Positions 27,155 through 37,816 are shown, counted from the stretch's first letter. The stretch: 64,000 bases of DNA from an uncultured Nitrososphaerota archaeon (GCA_963838925.1 CAWISW010000002.1:1-64000), one strand, 5' to 3'. Translations and numbers: made by a program. The notes: generated from the sequence alone by a model not told the origin.

Positions 27155-28066
27155 TCAGAGCCGCCCCGCCCTCATCCTCAAGGCGAGGAGCATCGTGATC
27201 ACGATGGCGGCGATGAGCCCAGCCGAGGAGAGGAGCGGTACTAGTCCAGAGACTGCGCCGCCCGATGACGAGACCGCCGGTACGGGCGGGGAAGTCAGGT
27301 TCAAGGATCCCACATAGGCAGAGTAGGCGACCAGCAGGGCCGGGACTGCGCTCACGGCCGACGCCCTCCTCTCCCCGCTCGACCAGAGCGACGCCGCGAA
27401 CAGGACCAGGCTCAGGAGCAGCGCGCCTCCGAGGGCTTCGTGCACCAAGAACGAGGCGGAGGCCTCCGCCTGTTTGAAGGCGGCGAGCTCCAATCCGAGG
27501 GGAAGCGAGAAGACGGGACCTGCGACAAACAGGTTGACGTAGATTCCCGAGACGAAGACCGCGTAGAAGAGGAGGAGCGCAAGGTAGCACGAGATCCGCG
27601 CGCGCCCGTCCGCCGTGACCCCGTAGGCCGATGACCCCTCGTCAGGCCTCGAGCTCGCCATCGAGAGGAACGTAAGGAAGATGGCCGTCACGAACGAAGT
27701 GCCCATTATCATGCTCTGTGCGTCGTCCGACCCTCCTCCCAGCACGAACGCGAGGCCAGAGTCCCCCGCGACGACTATCGAGACCGAAGCCAGCAGGGCG
27801 AGGACGGTCGCCCGCCTGGAGCCCTCGGCCCAGGAAAGGCCGAGGATGAAGACGCTCGTCGCCGCGCTCAAGGTCGCGAGGACCACGTGCGACTCGACCG
27901 CCGGATTCAGCAGGATCGCCTCCGTGCTCGTCCCCGGGATCATCGAGACGAATCCGTTGACGTATATGCCGGCCAGCCACGTCGCGGAGAGGAACGCCAA
28001 CTGGAGGCGCGACGCGTCCGCCAACTTGCGGGCGAGAGATGGCACGACGGGCGAACGCCCCTCCAA
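27155..28066 (-). CDS. 8-TM membrane protein with internal duplication
   Basis: GIYVNGFV...ESH and GIYVNLFV...LVH halves. Confidence 0.75.
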   Translation of the reverse strand: MEGRSPVVPSLARKLADASRLQLAFLSATWLAGIYVNGFVSMIPGTSTEAILLNPAVESHVVLATLSAATSVFILGLSWAEGSRRATVLALLASVSIVVAGDSGLAFVLGGGSDDAQSMIMGTSFVTAIFLTFLSMASSRPDEGSSAYGVTADGRARISCYLALLLFYAVFVSGIYVNLFVAGPVFSLPLGLELAAFKQAEASASFLVHEALGGALLLSLVLFAASLWSSGERRASAVSAVPALLVAYSAYVGSLNLTSPPVPAVSSSGGAVSGLVPLLSSAGLIAAIVITMLLALRMRAGRL

Positions 28067-28164
28067 GATTATTTAACCCAGTCGAGGCGAAGCGCCCCGT
28101 CAGGGCTCTCCGGAACCCTCGGAATGTATAACCGGAATCGAATCCCAACCCATGGCGGAATGAG

Positions 28165-29454
28165 ATGACCGCGGCGGCCAAGAAGGATGAACCGGGGACG
28201 CGCTGGTTCTACTCGCAGATTCCGGTCGACATCGCGACCGGGCCGGTCGGCACGCTCATCCAGCTGTACATCCTCGAGCTCCACGGCACGGTCATCGACG
28301 TCGGCCTGGCGATAACCCTCTTCAACGCCGTCAGCATCCCCGCGGCCGTAATCTGGGGATACGTGACCGACCGCTTCCAGAGCAGGAAGACGATACTCGT
28401 CCTGAGCTGTGTGGCGGTGTCAGCGAACCTAGTCATACTCCCCATCGCCGAGAGCATCTCTGGGGTCGCGCTCATCTATGGGCTCTTCTCGCTGGTCTCA
28501 TCCGCGTCAGCGACTCCCGCTAACCTGCTGATAATGGAGAGCCAGAGGAAGTCTCACTGGGCGTCGGCGTTCGCGAGGTTCTCGATGGTCTCGAGCGTGG
28601 GCACGACGTTGGGCCTCCTCCTGGGGATAGCGTGGTCGAACTTCCTGCCAATCTCGCTCCTCGTCCTCCCCCTCTCAGCGCTGTCGCTGGCTTCCGCCGT
28701 CCTGTCGGTCGTGATGATAAAGCAGCCCGCGGTCTCGTTCGAGCGGGAGTTCATCGTCCTGCAGAGGCGCAGCCTCCAGCAGAGGCTCCTCGCCATCCCG
28801 CTCATCTTCCTGAGGCTGCCTAACGTCGTCGACTTCAAGTCGGTCTTCAAAGGGCTAAGGAGCGCCCTCACTAGGCAGCTCCCTCTCCTCTACCTCTCGA
28901 TCTTCGTCTTCTATCTCGCCAGCGGCCTGTTCAACACCTCGTTCGTCCCGTCCCTGCGCGCCGCGGGCCTGAGCGCGAGCGCGGTCTTCCTCGTTTCGAT
29001 GGCGGCCAATGTCGCCCAGACCGCCTCCTTCTACTTCGCCGGGCCGTACGTCGAGAAGAGGGACCTCAGGAAGACTGCCGTCGCGGGCCTCGTCGTGAGG
29101 TCGGCCTGCTACGCGGGCATCGGCATCCTGGCCTACCTCGCGAGCGGCCTTCCCTACCTGGGCGGGACGCTAGTGCTCTATCCGATCGCGGGAGGTCTCG
29201 CCTTCGCCATCTACTACACGTCCTCCAACACGATGATCTTCAACACGCTCGGAGCCAAGAACCAGGGTTCGAGGCTCGGGGTCTACAGCGCTCTCGTGGG
29301 AATCGCGACGATGATCGGCTCGTTCGTCTCGGGATACGTCTCGTTCTACTTCGGGTTCCTGGCTACCTTCGCGTTGGCGGCAGTCTGCCTCGCGGGGTGC
29401 GCCGTCCTGGTGCCGGTGGTCACGTCCACGCACCAAGAAGGGTCTCCGCACTAG
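28165..29454 (+). CDS. MFS transporter
   Basis: 12 TM pattern; WGYVTDRFQSRK motif A. Confidence 0.9.
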   Translation: MTAAAKKDEPGTRWFYSQIPVDIATGPVGTLIQLYILELHGTVIDVGLAITLFNAVSIPAAVIWGYVTDRFQSRKTILVLSCVAVSANLVILPIAESISGVALIYGLFSLVSSASATPANLLIMESQRKSHWASAFARFSMVSSVGTTLGLLLGIAWSNFLPISLLVLPLSALSLASAVLSVVMIKQPAVSFEREFIVLQRRSLQQRLLAIPLIFLRLPNVVDFKSVFKGLRSALTRQLPLLYLSIFVFYLASGLFNTSFVPSLRAAGLSASAVFLVSMAANVAQTASFYFAGPYVEKRDLRKTAVAGLVVRSACYAGIGILAYLASGLPYLGGTLVLYPIAGGLAFAIYYTSSNTMIFNTLGAKNQGSRLGVYSALVGIATMIGSFVSGYVSFYFGFLATFALAAVCLAGCAVLVPVVTSTHQEGSPH

Positions 29455-29481
29455 CGATGTCGGGCGTCACAGAGCGCGGCC

Positions 29482-30054
29482 CTACATCTGCCGCCAGTGC
29501 TCGCCGCGGCGGCGCCTTCTGAGTTGTGCGGCGAACCCGGCAACGGCGAGAACAAGCGAGACTATCGCCGAGACGAGCGGCGGGACCCCGAAGGAGACAA
29601 GCACGCCGTAGAGCACGACGCCGCCTAGCACGGAGGTCACCAGCTCTAGGAGCTTGCTCGAAATTGCCAACCCTACGAAGAAGAGTATGATGCCTACCAC
29701 GATTGCGAGGACCAAAACGCCCGTCAATTCCCGGGTGGCCAGGTACCCAAAGTACCCGAGGGCGAGCCCCATCCCGAGGTCGACGAGGAGGAGGCCGACC
29801 ACCCCGCCGATGAGGAAGCCGACGACTCCTCCGATGACCGCTCCTATGACCCCCAAGAGCAGTGTCCCGACGGCGAGGCCGAAGGCCGCCCCAGCGACGC
29901 CGACGACCAAGAAGGCGAGCCCCTTGATTATGTGCCTGCCGTCGAAAATGAGGCCGAGCGAGACAAAGAGCAGTATGATCGCGAAGAGGGTGCCGCCCAG
30001 GCCGGTGAGCGCGTGCGGGAAGAAGCTGGAAGCCGCGACGTCCGAAGGGAACAT
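29482..30054 (-). CDS. Gly-rich membrane protein (DUF4203-like)
   Basis: Nearly entirely hydrophobic with a basic C-tail. Confidence 0.7.
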   Translation of the reverse strand: MFPSDVAASSFFPHALTGLGGTLFAIILLFVSLGLIFDGRHIIKGLAFLVVGVAGAAFGLAVGTLLLGVIGAVIGGVVGFLIGGVVGLLLVDLGMGLALGYFGYLATRELTGVLVLAIVVGIILFFVGLAISSKLLELVTSVLGGVVLYGVLVSFGVPPLVSAIVSLVLAVAGFAAQLRRRRRGEHWRQM

Positions 30055-30120
30055 CGCTCAACCCGAAGCCGAGTGGCGCCATTAAAGATTGAGCCCGCGA
30101 TGAAGGGGTGCCGCGACGGT

Positions 30121-30180
30121 GTGAGTGGCAGAGGGGTGGTCTCGGTTCCCGAGAGCCATCCCCGCCGGTATCCCACTCAC
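30121..30180. other. 60-nt intergenic stem-loop, candidate structured RNA
   Basis: gtgagtgg/ccactcac outer stem; ggggtgg-tctcgg/ccgaga-g-ccatcccc inner stem. Confidence 0.5.
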
Positions 30181-30312
30181 TTGGGAAGACTGTGAGCAAA
30201 AGGATGCGCAAAAAGATGATAAGCTTTGTGAAACCCGAATCTGGGTGCCGCCCGACCGGGTCAAGCACACGGGAATCATGTTTAGTATCACCCGAGGCGG
30301 AGACCCCGCGCG

Positions 30313-31164
30313 TTGGCCGACGGTTTCTTCCGCTACTTGGCTCACGGTGAGCGCGCAGAGGGTTACCGTGCCGACCCGAAGTCCGGCGTTCCCCTAGGAC
30401 AGGTCATCGTCGTCCACGAGGTGTGGGGCCTCAACGGTTTCGTCAAGGAGGTGTGCGGACGGCTGGCAGGAGAGGGCTTCCGCGCCGTGGCCCCCGTCCT
30501 GTACTGGCGGGACAAGGAACTCTTCTCGCCCAAGAGGATGGTCGAGGGCATGAAGGTCGTGTGGGACTTGAGCCTCGAGGAGAGGTACGAGCCGGAGAAG
30601 CTCGACGAGGCCATGCGGAAGGGACGGGCCTCCGAAGAGACGCGCTCGATGCTCAGGATGCTCTACGACCGCGGTTTCAGGAGCAAGCTCCAGCGCGACG
30701 TTCTGTCCCTAGCCCGTCGCCTTCGAAAGGACGACCCGAAAAGCCCGATGGGAGTGGTCGGGTTCTCGATGGGAGGCAAGCTCGCCATGCAGCTCGCGGC
30801 GAGGTTTCAGGGTGTCGCCGCCTGTGTGGCGTATTCTGCTGAACCCGCGCTCGGCGGTCCGGCGGAGAAGATCCGCTCCCCGTTGCTGCTCCTCTACGGT
30901 TGCGAGGACGGGTTCATGATGCGCGACCTCCCCGCGTTCGTGAGAGGCGCCATCGAAAACGGGACGGAGCTGGATCTGAAGACGTACCCGTCTGCTGGGC
31001 ACGAGTTCTTCGACCGCTCGAAGGGAGAGTATCGCGCCGCCGCAGCGGAAGACGCGTGGACCACCGCCGTCGACTTCCTAAGGAAGAAACTTGCGGCGAG
31101 CGGGTCGCAGAGAAAAAAAAGAAGTCAGGGAGACCGAGCGCAGAGCCGGGCGCCTAGCCCGTGA
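30313..31164 (+). CDS. dienelactone hydrolase family protein
   Basis: HEVWGL, GFSMGG, AGHEFF, AAEDAW. Confidence 0.88.
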   Translation: MADGFFRYLAHGERAEGYRADPKSGVPLGQVIVVHEVWGLNGFVKEVCGRLAGEGFRAVAPVLYWRDKELFSPKRMVEGMKVVWDLSLEERYEPEKLDEAMRKGRASEETRSMLRMLYDRGFRSKLQRDVLSLARRLRKDDPKSPMGVVGFSMGGKLAMQLAARFQGVAACVAYSAEPALGGPAEKIRSPLLLLYGCEDGFMMRDLPAFVRGAIENGTELDLKTYPSAGHEFFDRSKGEYRAAAAEDAWTTAVDFLRKKLAASGSQRKKRSQGDRAQSRAPSP

Positions 31165-31813
31165 TGGTGCTCGTGAGGGCCACTGCGTACTCGGTCGTCC
31201 CGTTACTGAAGTCCAACGACACTGTCGATGTGGTTGTGCCGCTGAAGTTGCCGCGAGCTGTCGCTCTTACGATGTATGAGCCGGAGGAGCTTGTCGCCCC
31301 CTCGCCCTGGATGCCCGCACCTCCGGGCCCCATCACTGCAGAGCCTGAGGTGACGTTGTAGGTGGTCCCGGCCACGGTCATGCTACCACCCACGTTGAGT
31401 ATGTAGCCGCCCGTGAGCTGTCCGGTGACAGTGAAGGTCAGCGTCCCTGACGCTGTGCCGTTTGTCTTGCCTTGGGTCCCCACCACGAAGTAGCTTCCAC
31501 TCGTGCTCGTGAGGGTGATCGTCTGTCCTGTGGTGAAGGTCGTTGCCGGGCCTTGGCCGCCGGGACCGCGTCCAAGCGGGCCTCCGCCGCGCAGTCCGAA
31601 GAAGGCCGCGATGCGGTGCATCGGGCCGCCCATCGGAGGCGGGGTTGTCGTGCTCGAGGTGGTCGCCGCCGAGCCAGTGCTCGTCGTCGAACTATTGCTT
31701 GTCGATGCGGTAGTTGCGAACGCGGGGTAGGCGAGGAATGCCGCCATTATGGCCGCGCCCAATGCAACAACCGCGATGTGCGATGCCTTCATGTTCTTAC
31801 TTCCTTTGTTCAC
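31154..31813 (-). CDS. secreted Thr/Gly-rich hypothetical protein
   Basis: Signal peptide ending PAFA; beta-rich C-terminal domain. Confidence 0.75.
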   Translation of the reverse strand: MNKGSKNMKASHIAVVALGAAIMAAFLAYPAFATTASTSNSSTTSTGSAATTSSTTTPPPMGGPMHRIAAFFGLRGGGPLGRGPGGQGPATTFTTGQTITLTSTSGSYFVVGTQGKTNGTASGTLTFTVTGQLTGGYILNVGGSMTVAGTTYNVTSGSAVMGPGGAGIQGEGATSSSGSYIVRATARGNFSGTTTSTVSLDFSNGTTEYAVALTSTITG

Positions 31814-32188
31814 CGACGAGCGGTCCCTTATAATCGATTGTGGTGCAGTCGTCTAAAAGCCAAGACCGCCGCCTTCCGTGGGGCGCACGGTAAAGGGGAG
31901 TTAGTCCTGAGGCAGAGGTGCCCAGAGGGGACGGGCGCCAATCGCCCACCTGTCCCCGGGCAACTCCACTTCCTCCGATAGCAGCGTATAGGGAGGAACC
32001 GACATAATAATCAATTATGGTGCAAGCGTCTAACCCGTCGAGGAGAGCCTTGAGAAAAGGGACGAGGAAGGCCATCGCCCACCCCTCCCAGTTCCCTACG
32101 CCCTTCGATAGCGGGAGCCGCTGCCTTCCTGAGAGTATTATCGCTTCCCGAAGAGGATTATTGAGCCTCTATATTCCCATGGGGAGGC

Positions 32189-33139
32189 TCAAGCCCCTGC
32201 GGGAGCAACGGCGAGGGCGTCAAGCCCCTCCATCACATCTTCGGGTGGCCTTTCATCGAGCTGCCTCACGTTCTCCTCCACCTGCTCGGGACGGGACGCG
32301 CCCACGATCATCGAAGTGACGGCCTGGTTCCTGGCTATCCAGTTGAGTGCGAGTTGCGAGAGGGGCATCTTGGCTGTCTCTGCGAGGGCCTTGAACTTCT
32401 CCACGATCGCATAGTTCTCGGGCTTGTTCATCCTCCCCCAGAATCGGGGATACAGCGCGCCCCTGGTGCCCGCGGGCGCCGGCACTCCCTCAGAGTACTT
32501 GCCGGTCAGAAACCCCCCCGCAAGCGCCGAATACGTGATCGCGCCCAGCCCCTCCGACTGGCAGAACGGAAGCAGTTCCCTTTCGGCCTCCCGGTTGAGA
32601 AGGTTGTAGGGAGGTTGAAGCGCGACCATCTTTTCGAGGCCTAGCCTCTCGCTGACCTCGTTCACGGCCCTCATGTTCTCGACGGTGAAGTTCGAGCACG
32701 CGAGGTACAGGATCTTACCGTCGCGGATGAGCTGGTCGAAGGTCCTCATCGTCTCTTCGAGCGGGGTCTCAGGGTCGAACCTGTGCATGTAGTAGATGTC
32801 GATGTGGTCGGTCTGGAGCATCTTGAGGCTCACGGCGGTCTGCCACAGGATGTGCTTGCGGGAGAGTCCCGTGTCGTTAGGCCCCTCGCCCACGTCGTGC
32901 CCAAGCTTTGTGGCGATGACGAAGCGGTCTCTGTCGCCGCGCACCGCCTTCCCGATGATCTCCTCCGACCGCCTCCCAGTGTAGACGTTCGCTGTGTCGA
33001 TGCTGTTGATCCCGAGGTCCATCGCCTTCCTGATGACGCGGATCGACGTCTCCTCGTCGGCATCCCTGCCGAAGTTGTTGGTCCCGAGCGACATCCGGGA
33101 GACCTTGAGCCCGGTCCTCCCCACGGCCCTGTATTCCAA
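32189..33139 (-). CDS. aldo/keto reductase
   Basis: GLKVS, DTANVY, IATK, YMHRFD, QPPYNLL. Confidence 0.93.
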   Translation of the reverse strand: MEYRAVGRTGLKVSRMSLGTNNFGRDADEETSIRVIRKAMDLGINSIDTANVYTGRRSEEIIGKAVRGDRDRFVIATKLGHDVGEGPNDTGLSRKHILWQTAVSLKMLQTDHIDIYYMHRFDPETPLEETMRTFDQLIRDGKILYLACSNFTVENMRAVNEVSERLGLEKMVALQPPYNLLNREAERELLPFCQSEGLGAITYSALAGGFLTGKYSEGVPAPAGTRGALYPRFWGRMNKPENYAIVEKFKALAETAKMPLSQLALNWIARNQAVTSMIVGASRPEQVEENVRQLDERPPEDVMEGLDALAVAPAGA

Positions 33140-33243
33140 TTTGTCGCGGCCCGGGTATGGGCGCGCTAGAAATTCTTTTCCGGGAGGATCCACGCCGCCC
33201 ATTAGAGTGGCTAAAATACCGGCAGCCACGCGGGTGGGAAACG

Positions 33244-34155
33244 TTGCAGTTCGGAACCAGGAGGGTCCAGGTAGTCGCCGCCGTGGTACTGGTGGTGCTG
33301 CTGGGGGGCACCTTCGCCTACTACACCAGCGTCACAGGTTCCGGTAGCAAGACTTCCAGCGTGACAACGACCCAGTCGACCGAGATAACCCTTCCCGGCT
33401 CTGGAGGGACGGCCACCAAGTCCACGACTTCGAGCTATACCTCCACGACCCTGTCAGTCGTGTCATCGACGACCCTGCCCTGCACCTCTGCTGCCAGCGG
33501 CTCGACCTCTGCCGGGCCGACCAGCCTGCCGAATTACATCCCCCTGTTCTCCACCGTCTCCCAGATGACGATGCAGGTGCAGCAGATCGTGCGCGACCAG
33601 TACGGGAGGATCAACACCACCGCAGCGACTGTTGGCTACAATGTGGCAGGCACGACCGTGATCAACACCACGAAGCTCTACGTGGTCAACCTCCAGGTTT
33701 CGACGTCGGGTGCGAACGGGACCACCAACTCGCAGCAGGCGACGGCGTACTTCGACCAGGACGGGGACCTCTACATGGCCTCGCAGCCCAACCTGAACAC
33801 CACGGGCTCGACCGCCGTCCAGCTGGTCTCACCCTACCTCGACCCGTTCGACTACGAGCTGACCACCACCCAACAGCTCGCGACCTACACCAACCCGAGC
33901 CTATATTCCACCCTCAACCACACGCAGGTGACCTTGGGCACCACGGTCATGAACGTCACGTACGCCCAGCCGACGGGCGTCCCGTCTAGCGTGACCGTCT
34001 GCGGGCAGACCACCTTGGTGGAGAGCGTCCTCTTCGCCTTCGGCGTGCTTCCCGGGACAAACACCTCGATAATCACCTACTACTACTCGCTAGGGACCGA
34101 CGGCGTCAACAACGTCGCCTTCGGGTACAAGATCATCAGCGCCACGGCTGGTTGA
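33244..34155 (+). CDS. membrane-anchored surface protein, Thr/Ser-rich
   Basis: N-terminal TM, S/T linker, multiple N-x-T sequons. Confidence 0.75.
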   Translation: MQFGTRRVQVVAAVVLVVLLGGTFAYYTSVTGSGSKTSSVTTTQSTEITLPGSGGTATKSTTSSYTSTTLSVVSSTTLPCTSAASGSTSAGPTSLPNYIPLFSTVSQMTMQVQQIVRDQYGRINTTAATVGYNVAGTTVINTTKLYVVNLQVSTSGANGTTNSQQATAYFDQDGDLYMASQPNLNTTGSTAVQLVSPYLDPFDYELTTTQQLATYTNPSLYSTLNHTQVTLGTTVMNVTYAQPTGVPSSVTVCGQTTLVESVLFAFGVLPGTNTSIITYYYSLGTDGVNNVAFGYKIISATAG

Positions 34156-34250
34156 CTCAGCTCGCGCCCGTGTTCGGAACTGACCGTCGAAGCGTGACGG
34201 CGGCAAGGAATCGTAATAGACTAAAGCCGGCCGGCCCACCGCCTCGCGGG

Positions 34251-34757
34251 ATGAAGAAGAGCAGGCCTCCTAGGGAGGCGACTCCTCGGTACAAGGTCAG
34301 GGAGCTCGAGGCGGCTGACCTGGAGAACGGGTTCCTGGAGGCTCTGGAGAACCTCAGCGACGTCGGCGGACTCCTCCCAGGGGAGGCTCGGGTGATCCTC
34401 TCCTCTATAGAGCGCGCACAGTACTATCACATCCTCGTGGCCGTGGCCGACGGAGGCCGGATACTCGGGGCGACCACCCTCTTCGTAGAGCAGAAGTTCA
34501 TCCACCGGGGCGGTCTGGTCGGGCACATCGAAGACGTGGCCGTCAGGAGAGGCTTCGAAGGCATGGGGGTCGGCGGCTCCCTCGTGAACGCGGCCGTGAG
34601 GCTGGCTAAGGAGCTTGGGTGCTACAAGTGCATCCTGGACTGCAAGGCTGACCTGGTGGGGTTCTACCAAGGCTTGGGATTCCACAAGCACGACGTCGGG
34701 ATGCGGATCGACCTGAGGCCAGTCCATCCTCGACGGAAGCCCAGCGCGGCCGGCTAG
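34251..34757 (+). CDS. GNAT, glucosamine-6-phosphate N-acetyltransferase-like
   Basis: EQKFIH..GHIEDVAV..GCYKCILDC. Confidence 0.88.
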   Translation: MKKSRPPREATPRYKVRELEAADLENGFLEALENLSDVGGLLPGEARVILSSIERAQYYHILVAVADGGRILGATTLFVEQKFIHRGGLVGHIEDVAVRRGFEGMGVGGSLVNAAVRLAKELGCYKCILDCKADLVGFYQGLGFHKHDVGMRIDLRPVHPRRKPSAAG

Positions 34758-35269
34758 AGCGAGTAGTTGCAGTTGGGGCACTGGTACCTTACGACCTCGC
34801 CCTTGTTCTCCACCCTCTCCATGAAGCCCGACCTGCAGTTCGGGCAGAGGACCTCCATCGGCTCGGCGGGCGCATCGTGCAGAAACGCGTTGAGCAGCGG
34901 CTTCCCGCCCAGGAGGGACCTTCCATCGAGGTCTGCCAGCGTGACCCAGCCGAGGAACTTGTCGCTCTCGAAGACCCCGAGCCTCGTGACGCCCGTCTCC
35001 ACCAACCTTCTCTTAGCCTCCTTCGTGGAGGTATCCGGATGTATCTTGAAGAGGGGCGACATCACCTCCTTCACTGTGACCTCGCTAGGGCTCTTGTTGA
35101 GAGGGATGAACTTGCGGAGTATCCTCCTGTCGGTGAGCATCCCTACCGCTTTGTCCCCGTTGTAGACAACAACTCCTGAGGAACCGGAGTCATTCATGAT
35201 TTTCGAGGCATCTAGAACGCTGGTCGACGCGCTCACCCGCTCGACGCCAGTCTGCATCACGTCCCTCAC
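34754..35269 (-). CDS. CBS-domain protein with C-terminal Zn ribbon
   Basis: Two CBS repeats; CPNC...CPNC. Confidence 0.85.
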   Translation of the reverse strand: MRDVMQTGVERVSASTSVLDASKIMNDSGSSGVVVYNGDKAVGMLTDRRILRKFIPLNKSPSEVTVKEVMSPLFKIHPDTSTKEAKRRLVETGVTRLGVFESDKFLGWVTLADLDGRSLLGGKPLLNAFLHDAPAEPMEVLCPNCRSGFMERVENKGEVVRYQCPNCNYSL

Positions 35270-35378
35270 TTTCGCCAGCTCTCTCGCCTTCGTCCGGTCT
35301 TGAAGCCCCGGGAATAATCAACCTTTCCCAACGAACGACGCGGTATTAGCGCGGACATGATAACTCGCTGTCGGTGGT

Positions 35379-36236
35379 TTGCGCGAAACTCCTAAAGCCG
35401 GGCGGGGGACCCAAGCCCACGTGGGCGGCATCCAGACCGACGGATACAGGGTCAAAGAGGGGGAGAAGGTCCGCTTGGACAAGTGGTCGCCCGACGACTC
35501 GTCGAGCTTCTCCGGCGGGGAGGCTGAAGCCCTGGAGGAGTCCAAGAAGCTCACCCTCAAGCTCGAGGGTCTACAGGAGCTCCTCTACGCGGTGCACAAG
35601 CACAAGGTGCTCATAGTCCTCCAGGCGATGGACACGGGGGGAAAGGACGGGACGATCAGGAAGGTCTTCGAAGGGGTCAACCCGCAGGGAGTCCGGGTGG
35701 CGCACTTCCGGGTGCCCACCCCCGAGGAGGCAGACCACGACTTCCTGTGGAGGGTGCACAGTCAGACCCCCGCGAGCGGCCAGATGGTCATCTTCAACAG
35801 GAGCCACTACGAGGGAGTCCTCGTGGAGAGGGTCCACGGCCTGGTGCCGGAGGAGACTTGGTCGCGCCGCTACAAGGAGATCGTGCACTTCGAGAAGCTG
35901 CTGCACGAGGACCATGGCGTCATAATGAAGTTCTACCTGCACATAGACGAGGCCGAACAGAAGAGGCGCATACAGGAGCGCCTGAACGACCCCGCGAAGC
36001 AATGGAAGTTCAGCCTCTCGGACGTCCAGGAGAGGAAGTTCTGGCCCGAGTACCTGGCGGCCTACGAGGACGCCATGCAGAACACCAGCACGGACTACTC
36101 GCCCTGGTACGTCATCCCCTCGAACAAGAAGTGGTTCCGAGACCTTCTCGTCTCCACCATCATAGTGGAGAAGCTAGAGAAGCTCGGGATGGAGTACCCC
36201 AAGCTAGCTGTAGACCCGAAGTCGATCAAGCTGTAG
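35379..36236 (+). CDS. ppk2: polyphosphate kinase 2 family protein
   Basis: QAMDTGGKDG, HDFLWR, FNRSHYE, KFYLHI. Confidence 0.93.
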   Translation: MRETPKAGRGTQAHVGGIQTDGYRVKEGEKVRLDKWSPDDSSSFSGGEAEALEESKKLTLKLEGLQELLYAVHKHKVLIVLQAMDTGGKDGTIRKVFEGVNPQGVRVAHFRVPTPEEADHDFLWRVHSQTPASGQMVIFNRSHYEGVLVERVHGLVPEETWSRRYKEIVHFEKLLHEDHGVIMKFYLHIDEAEQKRRIQERLNDPAKQWKFSLSDVQERKFWPEYLAAYEDAMQNTSTDYSPWYVIPSNKKWFRDLLVSTIIVEKLEKLGMEYPKLAVDPKSIKL

Positions 36237-36261
36237 CGCTTGTCGCCGCCGTCCGGCGCGG

Positions 36262-37179
36262 CTACCTGGTCACTAGCACGGAGCACGGGGCGTAGTGCAG
36301 GACGCTGTTGGCCACGCTCCCCAGGAGCAGCTTTTTGAAACCGCCGTTCCCCCTGGTACCCACCGCGATCAGGTCGACGTCTCCCTTCTCCGCAAGCTGG
36401 ACTATGCCTTGCGCGGGTGACGTGAGCTCGGTCACGAGCTCGCCCTTCGGGTTCGCGACGCCCGCTTCCTTCGCGAACTTCACCGCCTTCTGAATCACCA
36501 CCTTGGCGACCTTCTCGGCGTCCTCCTCGATCTTGTCGGTGGGTATGGACGTGCCCGGGAGGCCCATCGACCAGAACAGGCCGGGGACGTAAACCACGTG
36601 CGCTATCACCAGCTCAGCGCCGAGCCTGTTTGCCAAGTCGGCCGCGGCCTCGAGCGCCCTCTGGGCGTTCGGCGAGCCATCGATCGCGACCAGGATGCGC
36701 CTGATGGGCGCGCCGCTCTTCTTTCCCTTCCCCGCCCTGACCACCAGCGTGGCGCACGGTGAGTGCTCGGCGACCGCGCTTGAGACGCTCCCCAGGGCCG
36801 CCCTCCTGAAGCCACCCAGGCCCCTCGTCCCCATGACTATGACGTCGGACTTCTCCTGGGCGGCGTATTCAAGAATCGTCTCCACAGGGGATGCCCTCCC
36901 TTGGGGCACCTCCTTCTCGGTGACACCGACGCCGACGCTCTTGAAGACGGCCGCGGCCTTGTCGACGTTGTCGTCAGCCTTGTTGATCAGATGAGAATAG
37001 TACTCGCCCTCGAGGGGGGCGGCTAACGCGCTTATCGAAGGGATGGCGCTGAGGATTGTGACCTCGGAATCGAAGCTCTTCGCGATCTGCGCGGCCGTCT
37101 CCGAGGCCTCCATGGAGCTGGGAGAGCCATCGGTCGCCAGGAGCATTCTTGCGAACCGTTTCCCTTGGTTCTTGGACAT
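36262..37179 (-). CDS. tandem universal stress protein
   Basis: Two USP domains, each with a GTRG..LGSVS/A motif. Confidence 0.92.
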   Translation of the reverse strand: MSKNQGKRFARMLLATDGSPSSMEASETAAQIAKSFDSEVTILSAIPSISALAAPLEGEYYSHLINKADDNVDKAAAVFKSVGVGVTEKEVPQGRASPVETILEYAAQEKSDVIVMGTRGLGGFRRAALGSVSSAVAEHSPCATLVVRAGKGKKSGAPIRRILVAIDGSPNAQRALEAAADLANRLGAELVIAHVVYVPGLFWSMGLPGTSIPTDKIEEDAEKVAKVVIQKAVKFAKEAGVANPKGELVTELTSPAQGIVQLAEKGDVDLIAVGTRGNGGFKKLLLGSVANSVLHYAPCSVLVTR

Positions 37180-37333
37180 CGAAAGCCACGGAATCGGGGG
37201 GCTATTTTAGCGTAGGGCAGCGCGTGCCGCAGCCGAGCAAGTCGTCGAGGAGCGCAGGTTGACCTCTGGTCAACTCCTTTGGCCAGCGGAGCTGAAATGC
37301 GTGGCTGCCCTATGTCGAGGGTGGGTAGTCCGC

Positions 37334-37747
37334 ATGGCAGAGTCAGTCCTCCATAGAAGCATGAAGGAGAGCGTCTCGAGAGAGCTGGCCGGCGAGGGCT
37401 ACTCCGTGTTCTTCGAGCCTCCCTACGCGCCGTCACGGTTCCTAAGCTGGGAGTCCTATCGCCCGGACCTCTTCGGCATAAGGACGGGCGCAGGATGGCA
37501 GGAGTACGTCCTTGTAGAGTGCGAGACGAGGCCCTCAGGAAGGAAGATGGCCTCGAAGAACTTCAGGAGCGTAGACGTCCAGACGAGGCTCAACTCCGAG
37601 CTGTCGCTTAGGAGGATTCTCGTCGTTCCCCGGGGGACGCTGTCCTGCGTGGACTCTTCGATGAGGCTGTCATGGGAGGCCTGGATCTACGAGGGCGGAA
37701 CCTTCCAGAGGTTCCCGATGGCGTGCGAAGCCGGCTCGACGAGCTGA
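37334..37747 (+). CDS. PD-(D/E)XK-like fold hypothetical protein
   Basis: ESVLH..K, RPDL...VECET pattern. Confidence 0.6.
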   Translation: MAESVLHRSMKESVSRELAGEGYSVFFEPPYAPSRFLSWESYRPDLFGIRTGAGWQEYVLVECETRPSGRKMASKNFRSVDVQTRLNSELSLRRILVVPRGTLSCVDSSMRLSWEAWIYEGGTFQRFPMACEAGSTS

Positions 37748-37816
37748 AGCGACACCGCGGGCGAACCCGGCAAGGATGCGAATCACTTTTTACGCCGCCC
37801 GCCCGCTCCGTCCACG

